64,000 bases of DNA, taken from the IMG/VR virus record IMGVR_UViG_3300043256_000274, positions 12,411 to 76,410 of that record; one strand, written 5' to 3'. Origin of the DNA: a virus. Position numbers and translations under genes: made by a program. Below are positions 44,870-56,100 of the stretch, one piece after another. Every line of letters begins with the position of its first letter. Position 1 is the stretch's first letter. The notes under the pieces are model-generated. The model saw only the letters and a list, made by a program, of their open reading frames with translations, made no database searches and was not told where the DNA came from.

Positions 44870-47841
44870 CAGACGAATAGGATCCCCCAGGCATCGGTGC
44901 CCGCTCCTGGTGCCAGCATCTCAATGTGAGTGACGTGGTTGGAGTCGGTGCTGGTGTGCTGGATCCTAATGGTATCAGAAACGGACAGGCTTCCGGTAGA
45001 CCCTGTGGTTCCTCCCTGCGCGATGAGAGTGGTGAAGCCGGCCCCGTTGATGCTGATTTCCACATCGCCGGTCGTGGCGAAGGCCGTCCCAATCGTGAAG
45101 TTGTGGACGCCGGCCGCGTCGACCGTGTAGGTGGCCGAAATCTCGGGCGTGCCGTCCAGGTCCCCGAACTCGAAGTCGCCCGTCAGTGAGCTCGTCACGT
45201 CATAGTCGTGGATGAGCTGCTGTCGAGACAACAAGCCGGTGTCGCCACTCTCATCGTGGACCGCATCGAACACGACCCGGAGCCTGGTCGGCAGGGTGCC
45301 GACGTTCTCATGCAGGATCGTGGTTCGGTTCTGATCGTTGGACGCGCCGGTGAGACCGTCATCGCTGTGCAGGAGCATGTTGCTGCCCTGCGGGTCCTCG
45401 CGTAGCTCCATGTCGTGCGTCGTGTTGTTCGCCGCGGGGAAGCTGGCGTCGAGAGTCTCAGCGTCTACGGTCAACGGAGGGATCTCGTCCTCTCCGTTGC
45501 CTATCCGGTAGTCCCGGCGAATGAAGTCGATCGCGAAGCCCACGCCGTCGAGGCCGGAGCCCTGTTGCTCCAGGGCGACCGTCGTGGCGAAGCGTGTCAC
45601 TCCGATGGTGGTCTCGCTGGGGCAGTATGGACGCCGGTTGCGGCGGTCCATGGTGAACGCGATCTGCGTCGCCGTGGACTCCAAGACCTGGTCGGTCAGA
45701 GAGAACGGCAGCATCTTGAGATGGACGTTGTTCGTCTCGGGGATCGGACCGCCCCCACCACCCTCGATGAGGAAGACCTGGTCGCCGGCAGCGAACGCCT
45801 GTTGCGCCGTGTCGAGCACGCCTCGGTACACGGTCTGCATGTCCACGTTGGATCCGCCGTTGACGACAGCCGACGTGACGAGCATGAATTCGCCGTCGTT
45901 CGTACCATCCCACACGTAGATCAGGTTGAGGAGATCCGTGCCGATGCGATCGGCTGACGGCGGGTCACCCGTGACGTCATCATCGAACTGCTCGAACCGG
46001 CTGATCAGATCAGCCTGGGCGTCCGGCGTGTTCGTGATCGTGATGGTCGTCGTCGGGCTGGTCTGGCCTTCGATCAGGGCAGCGTTGAGTTCGCCGATCA
46101 GGGAGAATCCAAACGACTCTCCTGCGATGGCGAAGTTGCCCGAGGGGGTGCCCGAGGAGTGGCGCTCAACGATCTTGTAGCCGACCTCTACGCTGCGGTG
46201 TCGGCCGGAGCCGTGGATCAGGGCCGGGAACCCGACATGGTCCGGGTTGCGAGCCACGAAGCCTCTCGGCGCCTCGAAGCCGACCTGTTCGGCTGCTAGG
46301 AACGGCAGCAGGTTGTCATCATCGTCGGTCCAGCCGGTGCCCCCGTCCGCGCCGCCACTGCCGACTTGGAAGAAGAACACGTCCTGGACGCAGTCGAGTG
46401 TGATCTGGTTATTCTCCAAGTCGCCCAGATCCACGCGCGTCACGCGCATGGGTAGCTTGGTCAGGCCGAACTTCGCACTGGTGAACGCGAACACGTCGAC
46501 CGGATTCGTGTCCCAGAAGGTCCGGTCCACGATGAACGTAGCCTTCGCCAGCGGATAGCTCAGAGTGCGCAGAATACGCCAAGCGATGTCGTTCGCTATG
46601 GCTGCGTCCTTCACACCAGGCACATTGACAGTCGTCGAGACGTTGACCCCATCCTGCAGACGAATGTTCGCCGAGTCTTGAGCAAGCCCGAAGGTACCCT
46701 GGTACTCGTTCGCACGGTTGAAGAACTTGGTCCGAACAATGTTGGTCGTGTCGTCCCAGGAGCCTCTTGTGAATTCTTTGATCTTTATGATGTTGGACTC
46801 GGAGAGGACTGTCAGGTCGTTGAGGGTATAGTCGGCTCGAGCTAGGGCTATCTCCCACTGAGATGTGGTCTGGTTGAAAAAGACCTTGCCGCTCATCTGT
46901 TGCTCAATCAACTCGATCAGGTCAAGCGCCTTCATCTGACGATCTAGGAGAAAGCTGAATCCATTGTTCTCGGTCGCAAGGGTCGCTGCAGCATCTTTGA
47001 ACGACGTTATATTGATCTTCGCGACCGGCTGGCCCAGACCCCAATCCGTATCCGTGAAGATTTCGTAGAGGACGTTCGCTAGGTTGGCATCGTTGCCTCC
47101 ATTGAGCTCGGCCTCACCTACGACTAGGCCGAGACCGTTCGGGAGACGCCGTAGCTCGAACTTCCAAGGCTTGATCGACGCGCTATTGCCAACGTAGACC
47201 GGACTGGTGTTACTTGTCAGATAGCAAGTTCCGCGGTAGGCCGGCGTCTCGCCGCCCTCTTTCTGAAACTTAGACAGGTACGTCGACGCGGTCTGCGTCT
47301 CGCTACCCTCAAAGAAGCGTAGTGTGCCTTGAACGCCACCGTTGCCTAGGTCATCTCCTCCGAAGAGATTCGGCTTATTGATAGTCAGTGTAGTGTCATG
47401 GGTAACGCTACCACTGAAAACTTGATCATCACCGATCCAGATGCGCAGAAGTTCGTCCACCACGCCGCGGCAGAAGGCAAACTGGATGCCGACCTTGTAT
47501 TTGAATCCCTTGGTGATCGTCTCGCTCGACCAGAGGCCAGTTTTGATCTTCTCGCGAATGGCCTCTTGGCGAAGGTCACCATACCAAACGACGTTCGGCC
47601 CCTTGACCTGTACCGTGCCCCACAGCAAAGGTACGATTCGGTCCTGGGTCGCAGTCGGGAACTGGAAGTCACCCAACCCCGCGGGCTTGGCGTTCTCCAG
47701 ATCCGGCTTCGGGCGCAGCAGCTCGCTCAAGACGAAAAGCACTATGTAGATCAGCAGTGTGATCCAGAACCCACCCCTGGCTTTTGCCTCGGGGTCGTGC
47801 TGCCAACGGATTTGTGCTTTCTGAAACTTAGTGAGCTTCAT
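44869..47841 (-). CDS. Tail tip / host specificity protein (J-like)
   Basis: FQFPTA..RIVPLLWGT..GPNVVWYGD, PAYRG, MRVTRVD. Confidence 0.85.
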   Translation of the reverse strand: MKLTKFQKAQIRWQHDPEAKARGGFWITLLIYIVLFVLSELLRPKPDLENAKPAGLGDFQFPTATQDRIVPLLWGTVQVKGPNVVWYGDLRQEAIREKIKTGLWSSETITKGFKYKVGIQFAFCRGVVDELLRIWIGDDQVFSGSVTHDTTLTINKPNLFGGDDLGNGGVQGTLRFFEGSETQTASTYLSKFQKEGGETPAYRGTCYLTSNTSPVYVGNSASIKPWKFELRRLPNGLGLVVGEAELNGGNDANLANVLYEIFTDTDWGLGQPVAKINITSFKDAAATLATENNGFSFLLDRQMKALDLIELIEQQMSGKVFFNQTTSQWEIALARADYTLNDLTVLSESNIIKIKEFTRGSWDDTTNIVRTKFFNRANEYQGTFGLAQDSANIRLQDGVNVSTTVNVPGVKDAAIANDIAWRILRTLSYPLAKATFIVDRTFWDTNPVDVFAFTSAKFGLTKLPMRVTRVDLGDLENNQITLDCVQDVFFFQVGSGGADGGTGWTDDDDNLLPFLAAEQVGFEAPRGFVARNPDHVGFPALIHGSGRHRSVEVGYKIVERHSSGTPSGNFAIAGESFGFSLIGELNAALIEGQTSPTTTITITNTPDAQADLISRFEQFDDDVTGDPPSADRIGTDLLNLIYVWDGTNDGEFMLVTSAVVNGGSNVDMQTVYRGVLDTAQQAFAAGDQVFLIEGGGGGPIPETNNVHLKMLPFSLTDQVLESTATQIAFTMDRRNRRPYCPSETTIGVTRFATTVALEQQGSGLDGVGFAIDFIRRDYRIGNGEDEIPPLTVDAETLDASFPAANNTTHDMELREDPQGSNMLLHSDDGLTGASNDQNRTTILHENVGTLPTRLRVVFDAVHDESGDTGLLSRQQLIHDYDVTSSLTGDFEFGDLDGTPEISATYTVDAAGVHNFTIGTAFATTGDVEISINGAGFTTLIAQGGTTGSTGSLSVSDTIRIQHTSTDSNHVTHIEMLAPGAGTDAWGILFV

Positions 47842-47842
47842 T

Positions 47843-48685
47843 TCAGATCAGTCCGTTCTCGAAGATGTTCCGGTTGGGGACGAAGAAGAAGCCACCGTAG
47901 TTGATCACATTCGACGTCACGACTTCCGGCGTGAAGAACTTGGTGTCGCAGGTCGCGATGGTGTGGTCACAGCCAGCCAGAACTACGACCGTCTCGCCTA
48001 CGAGGTCGAATGGGAATGGTAGCAAAAGCTGGAGAGACGTGCCCGTGTGGGACAGAATCAATCGCGCATCAGCGCCACCTTGGGCCTCAACGAATCCCTG
48101 TGTCCAGAAGCCATCGACTTCACCATCTGCCCCCTGGACCGTAATCGTTTCGTCCACGACCGTGAGGACCGTGCCACTGAGTCGGAACGTGGTGTCCGTG
48201 TCGTCAACCTTGCAGCCCGAGTCGTAGAGGACATGGTTGCACAGGCCTTGGTAGGTGAATCGTGGGATCGACCGCGACGTGGCCGAAGAGATTGGCTGCG
48301 TGGCGATTCGCGCAATATGGCCGTCTTCTTCGAACTTGACACTGACAACAAAGCCTTCGTACAGGGTAATTACCTCCGGCCCAGGGAAGTCAGGACGTTG
48401 CACGCGCTTGACCACGATTCGAGCACGGCTCCCAGGCACCACCGCAATATAGCGACGCGCGAACTCGTTCTCGCCGTCCGTTGTGAAGATGACCAGGTTC
48501 TCGCGATCTTCTGGGCTCTGGCTGATCTTGCTACGGATCATCGGCTCCGGGTCATAGGTGACGGTCTCGACTACCTGTTGATCCTCAGACGGCGTGTATT
48601 CGAACGTCTCGGCTCCTAGGAAGAAACGGAAGACCTCGATCGGTTGTGAGCTCTCGATGCTCTCTTCGAACTGTGCGAAGGTCAT
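47843..48685 (-). CDS. Tail hub protein, BR0599 family
   Basis: CNHVLYDSGC, AGCDHTIATC..KF, NYGGF..VP..N.F. Confidence 0.85.
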   Translation of the reverse strand: MTFAQFEESIESSQPIEVFRFFLGAETFEYTPSEDQQVVETVTYDPEPMIRSKISQSPEDRENLVIFTTDGENEFARRYIAVVPGSRARIVVKRVQRPDFPGPEVITLYEGFVVSVKFEEDGHIARIATQPISSATSRSIPRFTYQGLCNHVLYDSGCKVDDTDTTFRLSGTVLTVVDETITVQGADGEVDGFWTQGFVEAQGGADARLILSHTGTSLQLLLPFPFDLVGETVVVLAGCDHTIATCDTKFFTPEVVTSNVINYGGFFFVPNRNIFENGLI

Positions 48686-50424
48686 TCGAGCACCGTCTTG
48701 ACCGGGCCGGTTACGCGCGTCATGGTTCCACGCTCATGTCGAATGGTGATCTCGTCAGAATCCCAACGGACTTTCTCGACGAACATGATCCGTTCCACGG
48801 TAGCTTGGGTGTGGACGCCCAGGGCAGAGTCGAGTGTCAGCGTTTCGCGAGTGCTGTCCACGACAGCCGCGCTCACGACATCGCGGAGGTCATCTGGACT
48901 GCCATCATTGTAGACAATCCGGATGCTGTCCCTGGGCTGTCGGGCCTGGACGAACTGTGCGTAGCCGGCATTGGCCACGTTGAGGATGACACCCGCAGCG
49001 ATGTCCGAGTCGATGACCATGTCATCGCAGAACGTCGAAGAATAGAAGCTGATCTGTTTGCCGCGGAGAGCGTGCAATAGGCCGCGGACTTCCCAGAGTG
49101 CTTGCTTGCCCTTCGCCAAGAGAGCAAGCTGCGAGATGCGCTTGCTCACATCCCACGGGGACGACTGCGCGGTCAAGCCAATCGGGTTATCCATCAGGAC
49201 AATATCCCGTTCGGACTGTTCGGCCGTCGAGCCCCGCACATTGTTGCAGCCGTCGATCAGCACCTTACTTTTGTAGGTACTGAATGCGCTCGTATCAGCC
49301 AGGTCCACGTCGTTGTCCCCAACCCGGAACTCCAGCTTGGCTCGAGCCACACCAGAAACGAATCGGCTACCTTGGATCACACGCCTGGCGAACCCGGTGC
49401 GCAGCGGCATGACCAACGTGCCAGCGGCATAGGTGCTAAGTACGCCCGAGGCACATACAAGGGACGTCGGTGTGGTGCTGGACAGCTCCAGCACATCGAA
49501 GGTGTTCCGGTTGCTGAACACTAGAACTAGACCGCCGATTCGGTAGTCCGCGAAATCCGTGGACTGCACGATCAGCGTGGAGTCATTGACTGCCAGCGGG
49601 GTCGTTAGCCGGGTGAGCTCGTCCCAGATGGGAAGGCCGAAGGTCCGTGCCTGCCAGTCGAAGAGGATGTTGTGGAAGAAGGACCGCTCGATGCCATCGT
49701 CCTCCCAGATGAAGTCCCAAGAGAAAAGTTGACGAGGGTTCTTTCTCGCACTGATGCGCAACTCCGTTCCGTCGACGTGAGGTTCGACTTCGGTGAGCCA
49801 CTGCAGACGTTCCGTGAAGGGAAGCTCCGGCTGAATCGAGAAGAGGACGACTCGGTTCAGCTCAATCGGTACATTGATCGTCTTGGGGATCGTGCCAAAG
49901 ACGAAGTCTAGGGTCGAGTCAACCACTGGCTGCCCGTTGGTCGAGACCTCAAGCGTCAGAGTCAGACCACCATCTGATTGTGGCACGAAGGTGTGATCAA
50001 ACGTCGGTAGGCCGAGAAGAGTCACGCCGGCACCGGCGTTGTTGACGAAGGCTGTCCAGTCGTGATCGGTTCGCCGGAACGCGCTGTAGACTTCGAGCGG
50101 AGCGCTCTGATTCGACAGGATGTTACCGAAGTCGAAGTCACGCGGGATAATCGTGAAACATTCCCACCAGGTCTCGAACCCGACTGCCGCTTGCTCTCCC
50201 AAGAGGCCGTTGCTGCGCTCGATGATCGGCGGAGTGACCTTGCCCACACCGCCGACGATCGTAGATTCGACGAACGGATGGTCCTGACTCACCGCCAATG
50301 GATCGTCAACAGTCAGAGTGTTCACGGGTCGCAAGTTGGCGTAGACAGCAGCCCTACGCCCCGGCGTACCACCGAAGATCACGGTGGGGGGCGCGAACAC
50401 CAAACCATTGTCCCTTACGACCAT
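48682..50424 (-). CDS. Minor tail protein (distal-tail-like)
   Basis: ERLQWLTEV...E.R.S.R.NPR; position after the tape measure. Confidence 0.7.
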   Translation of the reverse strand: MVVRDNGLVFAPPTVIFGGTPGRRAAVYANLRPVNTLTVDDPLAVSQDHPFVESTIVGGVGKVTPPIIERSNGLLGEQAAVGFETWWECFTIIPRDFDFGNILSNQSAPLEVYSAFRRTDHDWTAFVNNAGAGVTLLGLPTFDHTFVPQSDGGLTLTLEVSTNGQPVVDSTLDFVFGTIPKTINVPIELNRVVLFSIQPELPFTERLQWLTEVEPHVDGTELRISARKNPRQLFSWDFIWEDDGIERSFFHNILFDWQARTFGLPIWDELTRLTTPLAVNDSTLIVQSTDFADYRIGGLVLVFSNRNTFDVLELSSTTPTSLVCASGVLSTYAAGTLVMPLRTGFARRVIQGSRFVSGVARAKLEFRVGDNDVDLADTSAFSTYKSKVLIDGCNNVRGSTAEQSERDIVLMDNPIGLTAQSSPWDVSKRISQLALLAKGKQALWEVRGLLHALRGKQISFYSSTFCDDMVIDSDIAAGVILNVANAGYAQFVQARQPRDSIRIVYNDGSPDDLRDVVSAAVVDSTRETLTLDSALGVHTQATVERIMFVEKVRWDSDEITIRHERGTMTRVTGPVKTVLE

Positions 50425-51434
50425 CAGGCAGAGACTTGCTTGTAGGCGATACCGTTGAACGCGGTAGTCGCAACGCCCCCACCGATGTCGCGTTGCCTCG
50501 CCGGGTAGACCACCCAGGTGTCTGAGCCGATGACGATTTCCTCCTTGGGCGCGATGCTTCGGATGTTCACGCCTCGCACATCAGCTTGCCAGCCCAGGAA
50601 GTAAGCATGGTTGTTGGTGTTGTCGAAGTAGAAACAAGCGATGGAGTACATCGGGATGAGTCCCCTCGTCTTGTCAGCGGAGAACACTCCCCATGGAGTT
50701 GCGAACGGCCCGCCTCGGAAGCCGCCTTGGATAGCAACCTTCGCGTTGGCTGCGCTGTCGTCCGGCTGCACTCCATCGGTTCGGCTGTTGCCCCAGACGT
50801 TGCCCCAGATTGTGCCGCCAGGTTGGTTCGGCATCCCGGTAATACGCATGGTCGCTTGCTGACGTTCGTCTGTACTCACAACTGACTGAGCGAGTCCATC
50901 GAGCAACCAGTTGGAAGTCGTGGCGAGTTCGGTGCCGGAGTCATGAGTGTTGCCGTACAGGTATTCACCGCCGGTCCAGCCGTCGCCGGCCTTGTTGAGT
51001 TCGCCGAAACCGAAGTGGACGAAGATGTCCGTGCTCGTCTCGACGACGATGTGGACATAGGTGGGACCGGAGTCATTCTCGAAGATCGCGTAGTGAGGGA
51101 ATGGTCCGTCGCCCAGCTCGACGAAGCGCTCCAACCTCAAGCTCGCATTCGCATGAGATGAACTGGTATTGAATCCGTTGCCAGAGTCACCGGTGGCGTC
51201 GCCGGGTTCAGTACCAGACGCGGGAAGGAGCACAGTCGCTTGGTGCAAAGACAGCGCCGCGGGTGGCCCACCAACCTCCCACCGGCCAGAGACGAAGACA
51301 CTGTTCTTGCTCCAGCCAATGATCCCATTGACGTTATCACGTCGATTCTCGACCCAGCCGTTGGCCGTCACGAAAGTGCTGATTGCAGCGATCAAACCTT
51401 CGAGGTCGATCGCGGTTCCGGTTGTGAACGCCAT
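50424..51434 (-). CDS. Virion structural protein
   Basis: HIVVE...HFGFG; position in the tail module. Confidence 0.7.
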   Translation of the reverse strand: MAFTTGTAIDLEGLIAAISTFVTANGWVENRRDNVNGIIGWSKNSVFVSGRWEVGGPPAALSLHQATVLLPASGTEPGDATGDSGNGFNTSSSHANASLRLERFVELGDGPFPHYAIFENDSGPTYVHIVVETSTDIFVHFGFGELNKAGDGWTGGEYLYGNTHDSGTELATTSNWLLDGLAQSVVSTDERQQATMRITGMPNQPGGTIWGNVWGNSRTDGVQPDDSAANAKVAIQGGFRGGPFATPWGVFSADKTRGLIPMYSIACFYFDNTNNHAYFLGWQADVRGVNIRSIAPKEEIVIGSDTWVVYPARQRDIGGGVATTAFNGIAYKQVSA

Positions 51435-51435
51435 G

Positions 51436-53100
51436 CTATTCGCCTGCCTTGATGCAGAAGAAGCTGAACACTTCGTCTTGGTTACCATTCTGGAAGACGA
51501 TGTAGCGAACGTCACCGATCTTCTGTACGTCCTCCGACGTGAGATTCGTGGTAGCGTCTGACGCTGAGATCCAGAAACAGTTGTCGAGCTCACCGTGCGG
51601 GATGTAGAAGGTCTGGCCCGAGGGGTTGTCTGTGACCATGGGGCTGATCGGAACCAGCAGTCGGATGTCGTCACCTGTATTGGGCGTCGGCCTCAGCAGC
51701 ATATCCGGAACACCAGGCACACCCAAGTTGGGGTAAAACTCCTGGAAGTCTCCTCCCAGCGCTGGGGTGGCACAGATGACGTCATCTATCTGAGGAGTCA
51801 ACGCCGGATCACCGCAAGGGAAGATCGTGAAGTCTTGGTCGAAAGTCCGACTAGGGGCCCCACTATCATTGACAGAGTAGTTCAAGGCCGAGAACCATAG
51901 GCCGTTGTAGGCACGGTACTGTGCCGGACCATTCAGCTTGACGTTGATGGCGAAGGCATCCGAGAGACCAGTGATTCGGCCGATGACGGTGTCACCCCAC
52001 CAAGCGTTCTCACGCGAAGACGAACCCTGGATCCACAGCGGGTACGGGTTCTCGGCCGTCGTCGCGTAGGGATTCAAGAAGCCGACGTACATCGAGGAGT
52101 AGTATGCCGTCGTCGCTGTCTCGATCTTGCAGATGAGAATGATTCGGCGGTTGTTCTTGCTCACCCAGAACGTGATGTCCGGATCAGCGTCGTCCTCTTT
52201 GAGGACCATGAAGCAACCACCGGTGGTTTCGATCGCTCCGTCCGAAGGATCGGCCCCGAAGCTGATGTTGCCCTGCTGATGCAACGCGAGGCCGGCATTG
52301 AAGTCCACCATGCCGAAGAGCTGCCAGTTGAAAGCCGTGTTGAACGTGTCCACGCTCTCACGCTGGTAGGTGCGGATGCCCACAAGGATCTGCTCGGAGC
52401 CACCCGCGCCGGGGGCCGAAAGGATCACGACATCCTCCTGAGCAGCGGCCACGTCCTGGTAGGTGACCGTGAGGACCGCGTTGTTGCCGGTGCCGCCCGT
52501 GACGTCAGCTTGGAGGCCAGCGGTGCCACTGACGTCGGGGACCTCCTCCAGATGCCCAGCGGTAACGAGCGAGACCGCGGTGATCACGCCGCCCGAGACC
52601 GTGTCCACGTTGAAGACCGGAGCGACGGCGTAGGCTGGGGACTCGCCCGTGGCGCCTAGGACTCCACCACCGTTCATCAGAAGAGTGACATCATCGCCCA
52701 CGGTATAGCCTGTGCCGCCGGCGTCGATGGTAGCGCTCACGGCCTCCTGGGCACGACGCTCGACCGTCCAGGGCTCCGAGTTCATGGTGAGGTTGAACGT
52801 CGCATTGATGCCACTGCCCGAGGACGTGTGGCTTGTGGTAGCCGTCAGGTCAGGATCGACCGTGTAGGCGCCGCCCTGCTCCATCTGGATGCCGTCGATC
52901 ACACCGCCGGAGACCGACGTCACGCGGAAGACCGCGCTATGCGTTCGCGTGCCGTCCGTGAGCGTGATGAGTTCATCTACGACGTAGAGCGTGCCGCCGG
53001 CTACGATCGCGACGATGTCGACGTGGTCAGACGTCGCGATCTCGATGAGCTGATCGAGCATGTCGCGATAATCAGAGGCAATTCCTTCTACCCAAGCCAT
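51436..53100 (-). CDS. Virion structural protein
   Basis: Repeated GG.GY.V.D / VSGGVI motifs; PYAT..E.PYPL. Confidence 0.7.
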   Translation of the reverse strand: MAWVEGIASDYRDMLDQLIEIATSDHVDIVAIVAGGTLYVVDELITLTDGTRTHSAVFRVTSVSGGVIDGIQMEQGGAYTVDPDLTATTSHTSSGSGINATFNLTMNSEPWTVERRAQEAVSATIDAGGTGYTVGDDVTLLMNGGGVLGATGESPAYAVAPVFNVDTVSGGVITAVSLVTAGHLEEVPDVSGTAGLQADVTGGTGNNAVLTVTYQDVAAAQEDVVILSAPGAGGSEQILVGIRTYQRESVDTFNTAFNWQLFGMVDFNAGLALHQQGNISFGADPSDGAIETTGGCFMVLKEDDADPDITFWVSKNNRRIILICKIETATTAYYSSMYVGFLNPYATTAENPYPLWIQGSSSRENAWWGDTVIGRITGLSDAFAINVKLNGPAQYRAYNGLWFSALNYSVNDSGAPSRTFDQDFTIFPCGDPALTPQIDDVICATPALGGDFQEFYPNLGVPGVPDMLLRPTPNTGDDIRLLVPISPMVTDNPSGQTFYIPHGELDNCFWISASDATTNLTSEDVQKIGDVRYIVFQNGNQDEVFSFFCIKAGE

Positions 53101-56100
53101 TATGAGATGTTCCTCTTTATTGCCGAACGGTTCTGGTTGATGACATTCAGGACCGCTTGTTGTCCATCAGGTGACTCGATCCCGGTCGGGATCTTCGACG
53201 GGTCGTCGACCACGATCGTGTTGACGTTGACTTCCGGAGCTGGCGCCTGAATGACCACTGTTTCTCCACCACTTCCCGCGCCGTTGCTGAGGGCCTCGAT
53301 GGTCTGGTCCGTGGGCGTGATACTGCCCGTCTGCCCAGGGGTGAAGATTTCCGGCCCCTCTTCGCCGACCAGGAAGGGCTTGTTCGCTCGAGCCGCACCG
53401 CTACCATGAGCTGCTGTGTCGGGAACGGGAGCCGGGATGCCGCCGGTACCCGTCGCGGCCTGGATGGCCTTGAGGACCAGCAGCTTCGTGATGATCCGAA
53501 TGATGTCGTCGATCAGGCTCTTGGCGAACTCCTTGAAGTTCAACTGGCCAGTTATGGCGAAGTCGGCCAGCGCGTCACTCACCGCGTTGAAGGAAGCACC
53601 GAGGACATCCTCCATGACGGAGGCGAGGTCTTCGGCCTCTTCCTTCATCTTGGCCATGGTCCGTGTGAACCCATCGCCGAGAGAGTTGCCGGCATTGGCC
53701 GCGGCCAGGTCGATGTTGCGGAGCTCCTCAGCGAATTGCGCAGCGCTGATCGCGCCAGCGTCGAAGGCCTGGTTCGCGATGCGAGTGCGTTCGGCTAGTT
53801 GCTCTTCGACCGGAACCAGGCGCTTTTGCAGAGCAAGGTTCTCGCCTCGCGCGACGTTCTGTCGGATGATTCCTTCGGTGAAGAGGGCCTGGAGCAGATT
53901 CAGCTTGATGCCGTCGTCGAGCAACTTCTTACGGACCTGCGCGAGCTTCTGTTGGATGTCGGCCTCGCGCTGACCTTGGTCGATGGCGATGCCCAGGAGA
54001 CGGTTCTCCTCGGCGAGGGGGACGAGAACTTTCTGAATCGCCTCGGCTCGCGCCAGAGCTTCGGTGGATGCTTTCCTGTCGGCTTCCGCCTTCGCTTCGG
54101 TTGCGTCCGCGGCAGCGCGGTCTGCGCCACGTTGGTTCGCACCTTTGAGCAGGCCCTCGACGAAGTCCCGGACTCCGGAGAAGTCTGCACTGTCTGAGAA
54201 GGCGTTGAGCGCCGTTGAGCCAAGTTCGCTAAAGGCATTCTTGAACGGATTCTCCAACCGCTTGATCAGTTCGTTGTCCAGCTCCTTCTTGATGTTCTGC
54301 GCGAAGCGGTCACCTACTCCAGTCGTCGCGCGCTCGAAGGCACGCGCCGATTCCTCGCCCGCCTCGGCAGCAAGACTAGCGGCTAGACCGGGACGAAGTT
54401 GGAGACTGGCCTGAGCAGCTTGAGCGAGCAGCTCCAACGCACGGATCTGGCCAGTGATGAAGATACCGAGGATCTGGCCGATAGTCTTGACCACACCGAT
54501 GAAGACATCGGGCAGGAACTCGATAGAGTCAATGATCCCATTGACTGTGATGATGAAGGCACTGCCGAGGACTTTCGGCAGTGACTTGAAGATGGAAACG
54601 ATCGAGCTAAACAGGCCAAGGAACAAGCCGATGGTGCGGTCAACGAACAGAGCCGGGACGCGGATAAGGTCTGCGAATTCGAAGTCGATGATATTGAGAG
54701 CGTCCTTGACCGCCACAACGAGAGGCTCGAAAGCATCGGAGAAGAAGTCACCGAGGACACCCAGCGCGATCTTGAGTTGATCAAAGAACTCAGCGAAGAA
54801 GTCACCCAGCGTGCCTAGGCCATCCTTCGTGAGCTTGATGTCGTTACGGAAGATGATGAGCGCCGCGACTGCGGCAGCTATGGCTACAACGAAAATGCCG
54901 ATCAGGTTGGCAGCGATGGCTTTGTTCAGTGAAAGTATGGCTACCTTGAGACGCACAAGCGTCCGAGTGAGGATATTGGCCTGGGCGTTCGCAGTCGCGG
55001 TCGCCGCGGCAGACCTGAGTTGCGCAGCAGCGTAGGCGTTTTCCTCAACGATCAGCCTCTTTTTGAGTGCGGACAGTTGCTTCTCAATCGCAGCCTGAGC
55101 GAGCATCGCTTGGCTCGAACCGGCGATGACAACGGCTCGAGCCCTTTCGGCCTGGATCTGAGTGATGACTGCCTGAGTCTTGAAGGCCGTTGCCCGTGCG
55201 GACGCAGCCTCGGCTACGGCCTGTTCGGCGAGGAAAGCTGTCTGAGCTTTTATCGCCGTGACAGAGCCGAGGATCGTGAGCGTTCCCTTCTTGGCGGCAG
55301 CCTGGAGAGCGAAGAAGCCTTGGATCGCCGGCGCGAACTTGATCGCAGCCAGCGTGACACCCAAGAGGGCGAGGCTCTTGGTGATGATTGCCAGGTTCGT
55401 GCCGATGCCTCGAATCACATTACCGAACCCGCGAAGGATGCCAGTGCCTTCGTTGATTCGGCCGATGAACGCTACGACGTTGTTACGCAGCACCACGAAA
55501 GACTGACTGAGAGTCGGGACAGTCTTCGCGAACTTGGCTTCGAGTTCCGCTTCCGCATTCTGGAAGGCGCGAATGATCTTGATGGACGTAATCTTACCCT
55601 CGGCGCCCAAGGCACGCAGCTCACCCCGCGTGACACCAAGTTGTTTGGCGATGACGTCAGCCACAATCGGGAGCTGCTCCAACGTCGAACGAAGTTCGTC
55701 GCCGGTCAGCCGTCCACTGGCCAAGCCCTGGCTCAACTGGATAAGGCCGTTGTTCGCTTCCTTCGCGCTCGCACCAGAGAGAATGATCGCCTTGTTGATC
55801 GACTCCGTAATGGTGATCAGGTTCGCACCCTCTAGGTTGAGCTCGCGCGTGGCGAGCGCCATCCTGGAGTACAGCTCCGCTGTCGACTGGAAGCTAGAAC
55901 GGCTGCGGTTCGCAACCTGCAGCAGATCCTCCGTGACCGTGACCAGCTCACGCTGGCTGGTGGTGACGACTCGCAGACGGTTCTGCAGGTTCGTGAAGGC
56001 GTCGCCAAGTGCAGCGAGTTCCTTGACGACGAAGGCGATGCCGATGAACGCGAAGGCCTTCTTGAGCTGGCTCTCCAGGCTCCGGGCCTTCTTCTTGGTC

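Noticed and set aside
44869-53100. Diversity-generating retroelement or invertible tail cassette
   Set aside because: No reverse transcriptase, invertase or template/variable repeat pair was noticed.
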